This document shows, in pieces, positions 20,087-29,849 of a DNA stretch of 64,000 nt. The notes under the pieces are model-generated. The model saw only the letters and a list, made by a program, of their open reading frames with translations, made no database searches and had not been told where the DNA came from. The position numbers were made by a program, and so were the translations under genes. Every line of letters starts with the position of its first letter. The first letter of the stretch is position 1. This DNA is from Candidatus Poribacteria bacterium (lineage in GTDB: Bacteria > Poribacteria > WGA-4E > WGA-3G): NCBI GenBank assembly GCA_965205025.1, contig CBDBFU010000002.1:128001-192000 (forward strand), in the 5' to 3' direction.

Positions 20087-21915
20087 CTGTGTATATAAAA
20101 CAATATCCTGAAGAAAAGCGAAAGATATTAGCTGAACATAGCACTAAGAATATTGATGATTTCGTAAAATTTTTGGAAGAAATTAAAGGTATAGAGGCAT
20201 CATATCTACAAAAGATGCTTACTCCTCCAAAAGGTTTTCCCAAAAATAAAAAACTAAAAACAGAAACAAGACACTATCTATTTAAGCAATTCATTTCCAA
20301 ATTGGTAGGAGAAAAAGATTTCTCTAATCCTGACTCTGACGTTTGGAATAAGTTTGGGCAGATTTTCAGATGGTGGGTCAAATCACAATCCGAACTTTTC
20401 AAAATACTTGAGGATTTTAAAAATGATGAGGATTTTGAGGAAAATGATAAGTCAGTTGAACCTAATAGTGTCCTTGATATCAAGTGTTTTGAAATCCTAC
20501 TCAAAGCAAATCGCAAACTCCAAATAAATCAGGAAATAATCCGGCGTTTTTACCAGTTCGGATATTTCCTCAAAGATGAACAAATTGAAGATCTTATTGA
20601 TAATGCTTTAACTCAAGAAGACATTGATCACAAGTGGAGAATAAAGGAACTTCCTGACAAGGTTGATGAATTATCTGAAACGATCTCGGATATTAAATCT
20701 CGTGTCTCTGCCGTGGAGTCTGCTAATGAATTGAAGCAGGAACTGAATGAACAAATTACAGGGTTAAGCAAATCCTTTGAGGATAATATCCAGAAACTCA
20801 ACGAACAAATTACAGAAGTCAGTGAAGCACTTAATGAAAAAATATCTAAAATAGAATTGAGTCAAACCAGTGATTTATCTAACCAGATTAATTCATTTAA
20901 ATCTCAGTTCACCGAGCTTAAAAAATCGGTTAGTAAGCTTGAAGATAAACGCCAAACAACTGAAGTGCCGCGAATTGCTAATCAAGCCGTAGAGATTGGA
21001 GAAAAAGCTGCTTCATTAATTAAAAATCGAAAAAAAACTAAAAATGAAAAAGATTACTTGAAAGCATTTAGTATCCCCCTCTGGCTTCTTGGAATTACTA
21101 ATCCTGAAGATTCTATTAAGACTGAAGCTATTCATATTGCGTTAAAGGCTTTTTCTGTTATAGAAATTCCTGACACACGAATTATTAACGCATGGAAAGC
21201 TGCTTGTGGTAACAACTTACACATCACAACACTTGATGTAGGAATGGGTTGGCTTGATTCACAAGATTGGTTTCCCAAACTTTTTTCTGAAATATGTTTT
21301 GGAGAACAATTAAGGCAAATGGATCTTGATGTTTCTGTAGAGGAAATGATAAACAAGGGTAATTTTTTATGGGCAATTCACTTAAATAATTACGACCGTT
21401 CATTTCCAGAAAGTTATCTACCCAGATTTCTAAAATGGTTGGGAGAACGCAAAGCCTTTGCTAAAGTCTTCGTAACGCGATGTCACAGTGAGAATCGTTG
21501 TAAAACCAGTTTTGAGGTATATAATGAAGTGGGTCAACTACCTAAACCCACAAAAACGCTGTCTATTAATCCGACAACACTACCGGATACTGATGCTATT
21601 ATTGATAAATCAGTTTGGGGAAAGTGGTGTCAGCCATCTGAGGAGACATTGTATAAAACAGAGGTTCAATTCTTGGACAAATTACAATCAGAAATAGAGA
21701 ATATCCCTTTATCACTTTTTCAGGACATCCAATCTTACCTTCTATTATCACATCAGATTATTGATCCTGATAAAGCCCTTGACTGGGCGTTATACTTACG
21801 CCTATGTCCTTGGATTGATGGTAGAACCAAAATTGAGGATGGTTTGTTTAGCTTAATCAACCAAGTCGATCTGGATCTACCGAAAACCAGGGCAGTTCTA
21901 CAGGAAAATTTTTAA
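20083..21915 (+). CDS. Coiled-coil protein with degenerate McrB-like AAA+ domain
   Basis: TTG start overlaps upstream TGA. Central coiled coil (~aa 190-290). DVGMGWLDSQDW and IHLNNYDRSFPESYLPRFL resemble McrB V..xW.D and LDE.NL..E.Y..FL, but there is no Walker A. Confidence 0.6.
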   Translation: MTVYIKQYPEEKRKILAEHSTKNIDDFVKFLEEIKGIEASYLQKMLTPPKGFPKNKKLKTETRHYLFKQFISKLVGEKDFSNPDSDVWNKFGQIFRWWVKSQSELFKILEDFKNDEDFEENDKSVEPNSVLDIKCFEILLKANRKLQINQEIIRRFYQFGYFLKDEQIEDLIDNALTQEDIDHKWRIKELPDKVDELSETISDIKSRVSAVESANELKQELNEQITGLSKSFEDNIQKLNEQITEVSEALNEKISKIELSQTSDLSNQINSFKSQFTELKKSVSKLEDKRQTTEVPRIANQAVEIGEKAASLIKNRKKTKNEKDYLKAFSIPLWLLGITNPEDSIKTEAIHIALKAFSVIEIPDTRIINAWKAACGNNLHITTLDVGMGWLDSQDWFPKLFSEICFGEQLRQMDLDVSVEEMINKGNFLWAIHLNNYDRSFPESYLPRFLKWLGERKAFAKVFVTRCHSENRCKTSFEVYNEVGQLPKPTKTLSINPTTLPDTDAIIDKSVWGKWCQPSEETLYKTEVQFLDKLQSEIENIPLSLFQDIQSYLLLSHQIIDPDKALDWALYLRLCPWIDGRTKIEDGLFSLINQVDLDLPKTRAVLQENF

Positions 21916-21925
21916 GAGGTGGTCA

Positions 21926-22819
21926 ATGCGTCAGAATCGTACACGTTTTTTAGATGAATTACTTTACTACCTTTCACATCTCGGTAAGATGCCTTGGGTA
22001 AAGTTTAAACAAGGAATTGAATGCCTAAATAGAGATAACAAGAATCCCCAAAGTGACTCCTTTTACCTTAAATCTCTTGCCTCTGTCGGACACTTGGAAT
22101 ACGATCCTGCGATATTAGATTGGGTTTATGTTGCTCCTCCGGTCCTTGTAGAAACTGCCACTCCAAACCAGTATGTTCTTGCCGGTAGTAGAACACCGGA
22201 CTTCATTTCTAAAATAGAGAAAACTGCATTATCAAATGGCGGGAAGTTACATCGTATTCAAGAAGTTGTTCCTGTTACCACAATTGTTTTGCGTGATTTG
22301 AACGAAGCGTCTATAAAGGAGATTGAAGGATGTGGTGTTCATATTAGCATTAAATTCTCCAAGAAATTGTCTTGTATCCTCCCCAATTTACGTTTAAATA
22401 GTTTTGCGCCAGATGAGTCTATGCTAAGTACACCAATTGAGAAATTTAACATTGAGACGTTGAAGTATGAAAATAATTCTTCAAATATATCTGAAGGTCT
22501 CTTTCGCATAATGAATCATGGACGTTATACACACTTCTTAAAATTGAACAATATTCAACGAATAGTACCACCAGAATGGGGGGCATGGTTAATACTTCGT
22601 GCCTTTCGCAAATCCAAATTAATATATTACAAAAAAGAACAGAACATCTTGCAGGTGAAGTTTCCACTGACTTTACCATTATTGGCAAACCGATGTGCGG
22701 TGCTCTGCTCTGGACACATACCTACATTGAAAAATGGGTTTTATTGTTACCGCAATGTCCCGATTGAGATAGCAGACAACATAGCCAAATCACTTAACCA
22801 ACAACTTGAGGAACAATAA
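21926..22819 (+). CDS. Druantia-like accessory protein 3 (resembles DruD / C-terminal part of DruH)
   Basis: GAGGTGG RBS; LASVGHLEYD..VAPPVLV..YVLAGSRT and LPLLANRCAVLCSG..P..Y.NVP..IA..IA.SL; TAATG overlap with the helicase. Confidence 0.6.
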   Translation: MRQNRTRFLDELLYYLSHLGKMPWVKFKQGIECLNRDNKNPQSDSFYLKSLASVGHLEYDPAILDWVYVAPPVLVETATPNQYVLAGSRTPDFISKIEKTALSNGGKLHRIQEVVPVTTIVLRDLNEASIKEIEGCGVHISIKFSKKLSCILPNLRLNSFAPDESMLSTPIEKFNIETLKYENNSSNISEGLFRIMNHGRYTHFLKLNNIQRIVPPEWGAWLILRAFRKSKLIYYKKEQNILQVKFPLTLPLLANRCAVLCSGHIPTLKNGFYCYRNVPIEIADNIAKSLNQQLEEQ

Positions 22820-25800
22820 TGACAGATCCTTTTGATATTTCTAATAAACTACGTGAATCCTATATTCGATATATTGAAACGGCTTTTAAGTTCAACAGTC
22901 CATCTTTAGAACAGAAGCCTGTTTTAGAACAGGAACGTCGAGCACTACTACAAAAAGAAGGCATGATTTATCAAGAACCACTCTTTGAACCGATTCTCCC
23001 TCCTAATTCGTCAGAGAAAACGCTATTCCAAGTTTGTTCTAATCTTGGAATCTCAAAAGATATTGCAGAATTCTTGGCTGCAGGTGGTGAAGAAGGACTT
23101 GCCCCGAGAACACGGAAACTTTACAAAAACCAATTTAAAGCAATAAAGGCTTCGTTAATTGACAAGCGAGATGTTGTTGTTACTACAGGAACGGGTTCTG
23201 GTAAAACAGAGTGTTTTCTTTTACCTATATTTAGTCAATTGGTCATGGAATCAAAAAATTGGCAACCATATGGAGACCGAAAACCTAAACCTTGGACGGA
23301 AAAAGGAAAAAGACAACGGGATGGTGAACACAAAGATAGACAGGCGGCGATTCGTGCACTAATTTTGTATCCGTTGAATGCACTGGTTGAGGATCAGTTA
23401 ATGCGGCTTCGCGGGGCGTGTGATAGTCCTAATGCTCATAAGTGGCTTGATGAGAACCGTGATGGGAATCGTTTTTATTTTGGACGTTACATTGGTTCAA
23501 CCCCTGTCGCAGGATCTGAGGAAAGAGATTACAAACGCATATTATTACGTGAAGAATTAAATAAATTATATGAACAAGCAAGACAAATTAAAGCCCAGGT
23601 TCAAAAGACAGATGATCAAAACATTCGTTACTATTTTCCACTAATGGAACCAGATACGGCAGAAATGTGGTCGCGTTGGGATATGCAGGATTATCCACCG
23701 GACATATTAATTACAAATTATGCGATGTTAAACATCATGTTAATACGAGATTTAGAGGAATCAATCTTTGAGAAAACGCGCGAATGGTTAGAAAAAGACG
23801 ATAGCGTTTTCTATCTTGTTGTAGATGAATTACATTCTTATCGTGGAACATCTGGGACGGAAGTTGCCTATCTGTTAAGAACACTGTTTTCTCGTCTTGG
23901 TCTTGAACCTGATTCGCCAAAATTGCGAATAATAGCGAGTAGTGCATCTTTAGAAGGAGAATATGGAGATAAATATCTCAAACAATTTTTTGGAAGAAGT
24001 AGCAGTTTTGAGCGAATTACTTCAGATCCAATTTGTGCTTCAGACGAACCGCTTCGCGAGTGTTTGAAACATGCAGATGCATTTAAGACGTATGATGAGG
24101 GATACAAGGATACAGAATTACCCGTCAAACCTGAAATGCTTAAAGAAGCGGTAATTAGACTCTGCAATCAAAATGAAAAATTACTTGCGTCAAAGATAGA
24201 TCAAATGGTTACTGTTGCAAAGGATGTCGTAGGAGAGGAAATTTCAGAACAAACTATTCGCGGTATGATTCGTTATCTAATTCGTCAGAAGAACCCTCAG
24301 GAACCTGAACAAGCACTTCTGCCGTTGCGTACACATTACTTATTCAAGAATTTTGAGGGGATATGGGTATGTAGTAATCAAGCATGTAGTGGGGTCGAAC
24401 ACGCTGAACAACGTCCTCCAATAGGTAAGTTGTTCTCAGCTCCGAAAACTCTCTGTGATGATTGTGGGTCGCGCGTGTTGGAGTTGTGGGCATGTCAAAC
24501 ATGTGGTGATCTGTTTTTAGGTGGCTATAAAAGACCAGTTTCTAAAGATCCACTAGACGGTTGGTGGCTTAGTGGTGACTTCCAACAGTTGGAAGGTTTG
24601 CCAGAACGTAATATCAAAGATCGGAGATATAGCAACTATGCCATTTTTTGGTTGGGGACAGAAAAGCCGAAACAACCCCAACCCTGGTGGAGGAAAAACG
24701 GAATTAAAAGAAAATGGACAAAGGGACAATTTGACTCATTTCGTGGTGTTCTTAAACCCAAACCATCTGAAAATAACTGCTACTTTTATAAAATTTTCGA
24801 AAACGAATTGAATAAGAATGACACAGATAAATGTTCAGAAGTCCCAAAATACTGTCCAAAATGTGGAGACTTTTGGGATTTTTTGTCGGAACGGTTTATT
24901 GGTGGTAAGGAAGAGGCTGTCTCACCAATCCGTAAAATGGGAACAGGATTGCAAAGGGTACTTCAAGTTCTCGTTCAGACCTTGCAAAATTCAATTGATG
25001 ATGAAAATAAACGCAAAACGATTGTTTTTTCTGACAGCCGAGGTGACGCTGCTAAATTGTCAGTAGGTATAGAGTATTCACATTACTTAGACATGATACG
25101 TTCCATTACGGTCAAGTCTTTAGACGAAGTGGAAGAAAGCCCTGATTTGATGACGATTCTTGATGCTATTCAAGGTAAAGAAATAGATCATGTCAAGTTT
25201 TATGAGGCACTCGGTCGAATTGCCGGAATGCCGGGATGTGAAGGTACCTTAATTCATTCCATTAACGAGGCATCTACGAAAAATGAAAGTTTAACTGAAG
25301 AACAAGAAACCCAACTTCGCTCCTTGTTCTCCGATTACTCTTTTATAAAACTTGAAAACAGCGTTTTTGATCGTTTTATTAATCTTGGAATGAATCCTGG
25401 AGGTTATGGTATAAAAGTTGATGGTTACTCACAACAAGTAAAAGATGGTGAAGAAGTGCGCAGATGGGTGGAACTATTTGATTGGTCTGAAAATACAGTA
25501 TCAAGAAAAGAATTCGAAGGTTTGAGTGATCCTCAAAAGGACCTCTTACGCAGAATTCAACAACAACTTCGTCAAACAATTACAGAACGTATTTTGTTTG
25601 CTCGTAGGGGAACAGGTTTAGAAGGACTCGGATTGGGGTGGTGTGAACCGAAAATTGATCCTAAACTATGGACAATTGATGAACTTGATGTAGCAGAAAT
25701 GATGTCAGCAGTCGTACGGATTCTTGGTGAGCGGAATCGGACAACACTCACTCATAAACCATATCCGGATATACCGGATTTCCTTAAGAAATACCTAAAT

Positions 25801-28308
25801 AAATCAGCTAAGCAAATTGATTGTGAACCAACCGAACTGGAATCAGTAATTAAGGATCAAATTGGCTTAAATGACGGAAGTTTCGACCAAAACCGCGTTA
25901 ATATGGAGAGACTGGTAATTCGAAAGCGCAAGAATAATCTGGTTTTTATATGCTCAGTTTGCCAACGCATACACCTCTATAAAGCAAGCGGACTCTGTAC
26001 AAACACCTTGTGTTTAGGTGATTTAAAACCTATTGAGATTGTTGATATATCTGAAAAATTTGGAGGTTATCATTCCTATCAGGCAAAGTTAGGTATTGAA
26101 CCTTACCGTCTCCACTGTGAAGAATTATCAGGGCAAACAGATTCAGAGGATAGACCCAAGCGACAACGCTGGTTCCAAAATGCAACTCTCAACAGCGAAA
26201 ATAAACGTTCTGATCCTGTAGATTTGCTTTCTGTAACAACAACAATGGAGGCAGGTGTTGACATTGGAGGACTCTCTATTGTTTTAATGGGTAATGTTCC
26301 TCCCCAACGTTTCAATTATCAGCAACGGGTAGGCCGTGCAGGAAGACGTGGAGATGCGGTTTCTTACGCATTAACGCTGTGTCGATCGCGGACTCATGAT
26401 GAACACTACTTTACAAATCCAGAAGAAATTACCAGTGCACCAACTCCACCGCCGTATCTTGATCTGCGACGCGATGATATAATAAAACGTATCATTGCAA
26501 AAGAGGTACTGTACCAAGCATTCAAAGATGTTTCTAAAGCAAATGAGTTTTCAGACACCGATAATGTACATGGTGAGTTTGGAAAAGTATCGGATTGGAA
26601 GACGAATCGAAAACAACTTATAAAATGGACATCGTCAAATAGAAGTAGAATAAAACAGATCGTCCAGTTGCTTAGTGTCCAGACTGAGCCGGAAATAGCC
26701 AACAATGTCTATGAACTAATAGACTGGGTTGTCAAGGAACTTGTAAATGAGATTGATAAGTATGCCGAAAACCATCCATTTGAGATGGACGACCTGAGTC
26801 AAGCCCTTGCAGAGTCGGGACTTTTACCAATGTTTGGTTTCCCAACGCGAACCCGTTTGTTGTATCATGAAAAGCCAAAAGGTAAGCCATGGCCACCAAA
26901 GTCTGGCAAAGTTGACCGAGACATTGAGGTAGCGATTAGCGAGTTTGCTCCAGGTTCAGAAACGATCAAAGACAAAAGAATCCATACTTCAATAGGAATA
27001 GTCTCTTACCGTCCTTCCTGGAATAACTATGCAATTCCTGAAGATGGTATAGCACACCCCTTGACAATCGGTTTTTGTCCTGAATGTAAATCCATTTTTG
27101 CCAACGAAGAATCCGTGGAAGCTGCTTCTTGCCAAACCTGTAATGCTGAAAGTGGATTTCAGCAAATAGAAAGTTTTGAACCAAAAGGTTTTCTGACAGA
27201 TTTTCAACCTACAGATGCTGCCGAATATTTTGAATGGAAACCTCGCGCAACCTACTCTCGTCTTCCTTCGGATATTAATATTAAATTCAATACGAATACT
27301 AATTTCCATTACGGAACGAATCGTGATGAAAAAGTCCATTTGTTATCAATTAATAATAATGATGGATCGGGTTTTAATCTTGGAAGATTTAAAAGAGGAA
27401 AAGAGTTGGTGTCACCTCAAGTTTTAAAAGAATTGGTAGAACGAAAAAATGGTAAATTTGACCAAGACCAAGTTTTTGAAGGCAAACTCAAAAAAACCGC
27501 TATTCACGCAAGTAAAGTAACCGACGTATTATTGATAGAAATCAACTCAATTCCGGATGGAATTAAGTTAGATTATACTGAAGTTTACGCTCGATCAGCC
27601 TTATATTCTTTTGGTTATCTTCTACGCAAATATGCTGCAATTCAAGAATTGGACATTAGCACAGATGAATTACAGGTAGAAATTCGCCCTTTCCGACGCG
27701 ATGAAAATGTCTATGGGCAAATATTTCTCGCTGATAAGTTGGCGAACGGTGCTGGATATTGTCGTCATCTTGCTGATTTCAATGATAAGGGTGAACTTCG
27801 TCTTAGGAACATACTACAAAAGATGGTAAAAGAAGATTCTAATTTTTACCGTGAACTTGTAGATCATGGACATCAATGTGATTCATCTTGTTACAAATGT
27901 ATGCGGGATTACTCAAATATGGCATATCACCCGCTTATGGATTGGCGATTGGGTATGGATTTAGTCAATCTCTGTCTTAATGAAGAATTTGCTATCAATC
28001 TTGAGAAACCATATTGGTCGCCGCTTGTGAAGAGTGTAAAAAAGAACCTATTAGAACTAGTTGGCAATGAGAATGAAATGAAATGGGAGAATCGCTATGG
28101 AATACATATTCTTTTAGGTCAAATAAAAAACGAGAAAAAAGCGTTTATTTTGCATCATCCACTCGCTGTTTACGATAAATCAGACCCCAGACCGGAGAAT
28201 TTCGCTCGTGTTTTTGTTGAATTAAAGAAAGAAGGATTCCTTATAGAAACTATCAACATTTTTGAAGCAATTAGAAGGATAAGCGAATTTATCGAACTAT
28301 TCTATTAA
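22819..28308 (+). CDS. druE: DruE-like DExH-box helicase with C-terminal DUF1998 (MrfA-type Zn) domain, 1829 aa
   Basis: TGTGSGKTE, LYPLNALVEDQ, SRWDMQDYPPDILITN, VVDELHSY, SSAS, VFSDSR, TTTMEAGVDIG, QRVGRAGR, several CxxC, D..ANGAGY and C..SC..C. Size and N-terminus (DPF..RESYIRYIETAF) are DruE-like. Confidence 0.8.
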   Translation: MTDPFDISNKLRESYIRYIETAFKFNSPSLEQKPVLEQERRALLQKEGMIYQEPLFEPILPPNSSEKTLFQVCSNLGISKDIAEFLAAGGEEGLAPRTRKLYKNQFKAIKASLIDKRDVVVTTGTGSGKTECFLLPIFSQLVMESKNWQPYGDRKPKPWTEKGKRQRDGEHKDRQAAIRALILYPLNALVEDQLMRLRGACDSPNAHKWLDENRDGNRFYFGRYIGSTPVAGSEERDYKRILLREELNKLYEQARQIKAQVQKTDDQNIRYYFPLMEPDTAEMWSRWDMQDYPPDILITNYAMLNIMLIRDLEESIFEKTREWLEKDDSVFYLVVDELHSYRGTSGTEVAYLLRTLFSRLGLEPDSPKLRIIASSASLEGEYGDKYLKQFFGRSSSFERITSDPICASDEPLRECLKHADAFKTYDEGYKDTELPVKPEMLKEAVIRLCNQNEKLLASKIDQMVTVAKDVVGEEISEQTIRGMIRYLIRQKNPQEPEQALLPLRTHYLFKNFEGIWVCSNQACSGVEHAEQRPPIGKLFSAPKTLCDDCGSRVLELWACQTCGDLFLGGYKRPVSKDPLDGWWLSGDFQQLEGLPERNIKDRRYSNYAIFWLGTEKPKQPQPWWRKNGIKRKWTKGQFDSFRGVLKPKPSENNCYFYKIFENELNKNDTDKCSEVPKYCPKCGDFWDFLSERFIGGKEEAVSPIRKMGTGLQRVLQVLVQTLQNSIDDENKRKTIVFSDSRGDAAKLSVGIEYSHYLDMIRSITVKSLDEVEESPDLMTILDAIQGKEIDHVKFYEALGRIAGMPGCEGTLIHSINEASTKNESLTEEQETQLRSLFSDYSFIKLENSVFDRFINLGMNPGGYGIKVDGYSQQVKDGEEVRRWVELFDWSENTVSRKEFEGLSDPQKDLLRRIQQQLRQTITERILFARRGTGLEGLGLGWCEPKIDPKLWTIDELDVAEMMSAVVRILGERNRTTLTHKPYPDIPDFLKKYLNKSAKQIDCEPTELESVIKDQIGLNDGSFDQNRVNMERLVIRKRKNNLVFICSVCQRIHLYKASGLCTNTLCLGDLKPIEIVDISEKFGGYHSYQAKLGIEPYRLHCEELSGQTDSEDRPKRQRWFQNATLNSENKRSDPVDLLSVTTTMEAGVDIGGLSIVLMGNVPPQRFNYQQRVGRAGRRGDAVSYALTLCRSRTHDEHYFTNPEEITSAPTPPPYLDLRRDDIIKRIIAKEVLYQAFKDVSKANEFSDTDNVHGEFGKVSDWKTNRKQLIKWTSSNRSRIKQIVQLLSVQTEPEIANNVYELIDWVVKELVNEIDKYAENHPFEMDDLSQALAESGLLPMFGFPTRTRLLYHEKPKGKPWPPKSGKVDRDIEVAISEFAPGSETIKDKRIHTSIGIVSYRPSWNNYAIPEDGIAHPLTIGFCPECKSIFANEESVEAASCQTCNAESGFQQIESFEPKGFLTDFQPTDAAEYFEWKPRATYSRLPSDINIKFNTNTNFHYGTNRDEKVHLLSINNNDGSGFNLGRFKRGKELVSPQVLKELVERKNGKFDQDQVFEGKLKKTAIHASKVTDVLLIEINSIPDGIKLDYTEVYARSALYSFGYLLRKYAAIQELDISTDELQVEIRPFRRDENVYGQIFLADKLANGAGYCRHLADFNDKGELRLRNILQKMVKEDSNFYRELVDHGHQCDSSCYKCMRDYSNMAYHPLMDWRLGMDLVNLCLNEEFAINLEKPYWSPLVKSVKKNLLELVGNENEMKWENRYGIHILLGQIKNEKKAFILHHPLAVYDKSDPRPENFARVFVELKKEGFLIETINIFEAIRRISEFIELFY

Positions 28309-28320
28309 GGATATATTTTT

Positions 28321-29421
28321 ATGCAAGTTCAACCACTACCAAAACTCAATCCAATCACGAAGCTTTCCCCTACACTTTTTGCCACCTTAAGACAGTGTCA
28401 ATTACGTGCAGGATTAAGTCACGCCAGAGCTCAACGGACAACCAAAATTTCAACAGCCGCACTGTTAGGAACGATTGCCCATCGCGTATTAGAAGATGCA
28501 AGAACATTGAAACGTGATGAGGATTTACGAAAACAGGCAAAGACACTGTGGGATAAAACTGTGGAACAAGTAGAGAAGACACTACAGAATTCACCACTTG
28601 ACAAGAGCTTATTGCCAATTAGTAGATGGAAAAAATACTACCTTTTAAGAGAATATACGATTTGTAGATGTGAAGAGATTGCGCTGGGTCACGGAATATC
28701 TGAAAGGCAGGTCATCGCAAGTGAGCGAAAATTCGATAATCTTGAATATGGATTCACTGGCAAACCTGATTTAATCATTCGTCGAGAAAATGGTCTGGTA
28801 ATAATAGACTACAAAAGTACCGAGTTATCTGATGATCCAGAAGAGCGAGATGAAAAGGTTGAATCTTGGCGACGACAAGTCAAGTTCTACGCTTCAATTG
28901 TAAAATCTGAATTTGGAGAGTATCCAGTAGAAGGAGAAATCAGATTACTAAACGGAGGTGTAATCCCAATTCCTATCAATCCTGAGGAAGTGGAACAACT
29001 CATGGCAGAAGCAAGAATATTAAAAGAAAAGTACAATGCTAATATTGCTGCGGGTGTTCCAGAATCGAAATTGGCACAATATTCCGAAGAGAATTGTGGT
29101 TTTTGTGATTACAAAGGGTCATGTAACACATTCTGGAAAATGAATCCAATTCCAGGTGCGGACGAATTCGGTTCCTTGAGTGGGAAAATCGTTAGATTAT
29201 CAAATACAGAAAAAGGAGTAGGTAGTATTGTCATTGCTTCTGATATGAAAAACGAAGCAACGAAGGAATGGAAGATTACGAATCTATCAATAGATAAATT
29301 CGAAGGACTTAGGGAATTGAAAAAAGGAGATTTTGTTAGGTTAATTGACTTTAAAATAGATTCTCAAAATGAATTTCATGCAAAACCCACTCGAAATTCA
29401 GTCATTTGGAAGGTTCCCTAA
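28321..29421 (+). CDS. PD-(D/E)XK nuclease (AddB/Cas4-like, putative Fe-S staple) with C-terminal OB-like domain
   Basis: LSPT..QC, GTIAH, SE, GKPDLI, IIDYKS, Q..FY, CGFCDYKGSC (1+3 Cys). Confidence 0.85.
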   Translation: MQVQPLPKLNPITKLSPTLFATLRQCQLRAGLSHARAQRTTKISTAALLGTIAHRVLEDARTLKRDEDLRKQAKTLWDKTVEQVEKTLQNSPLDKSLLPISRWKKYYLLREYTICRCEEIALGHGISERQVIASERKFDNLEYGFTGKPDLIIRRENGLVIIDYKSTELSDDPEERDEKVESWRRQVKFYASIVKSEFGEYPVEGEIRLLNGGVIPIPINPEEVEQLMAEARILKEKYNANIAAGVPESKLAQYSEENCGFCDYKGSCNTFWKMNPIPGADEFGSLSGKIVRLSNTEKGVGSIVIASDMKNEATKEWKITNLSIDKFEGLRELKKGDFVRLIDFKIDSQNEFHAKPTRNSVIWKVP

Positions 29422-29477
29422 TTCTATTCAAACAATACTATCTAATGGGAGTTCGGTTTAAGCAATAGTATCCATTA

Positions 29478-29836
29478 GTGCGGTTAGATACCGTACCATA
29501 GGCGTCAATTAGATACACCTTTCGCCCCGCTGGGGCTTATTATTTAGGGTTTGTACGTTTGCTACATACCTTTCGCCCCGCTGGGGCTTGGTATATTGGT
29601 GATAACGACTTCTATAAACATTCCGTCCCTACCAAATCAACGGTATGAATGCCATTTAGGCATTCCCCGGGACTCATTTAATGGGTTAATCCTTTTTCTA
29701 TAGACATTCCGTCCCTACGGGACTCAAGTATAGGATATTCCCGTTTTTCTATAGACATTTCGTCCCTACGGGACTACATAAATTATAAGAATAGAGAAGA
29801 AATGTAAGGATCGGGGATCGGAGTTCCCTCCTACAG
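29478..29836. repeat. REP cluster bounding the defence operon
   Basis: 2x TTCGCCCCGCTGGGGCTT; 3x CGTCCCTACGGGACT (the first interrupted by the micro-element at 29633-29669); GTGCGGTTAGA.ACCG.ACC. Confidence 0.75.
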
Positions 29837-29849
29837 AAGAGGTTATACG

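Noticed and set aside
22819-28308. DISARM DrmA/DrmB or Dpd helicase
   Set aside because: Helicase and DUF1998 are in one ~1830-aa chain, with no methylase, PLD or dpd genes adjacent; this fits DruE better.
28321-29421. Cas4 of a CRISPR-Cas locus
   Set aside because: The fold is shared, but there are no other cas genes or true array; it is coupled to the DruE-like helicase.
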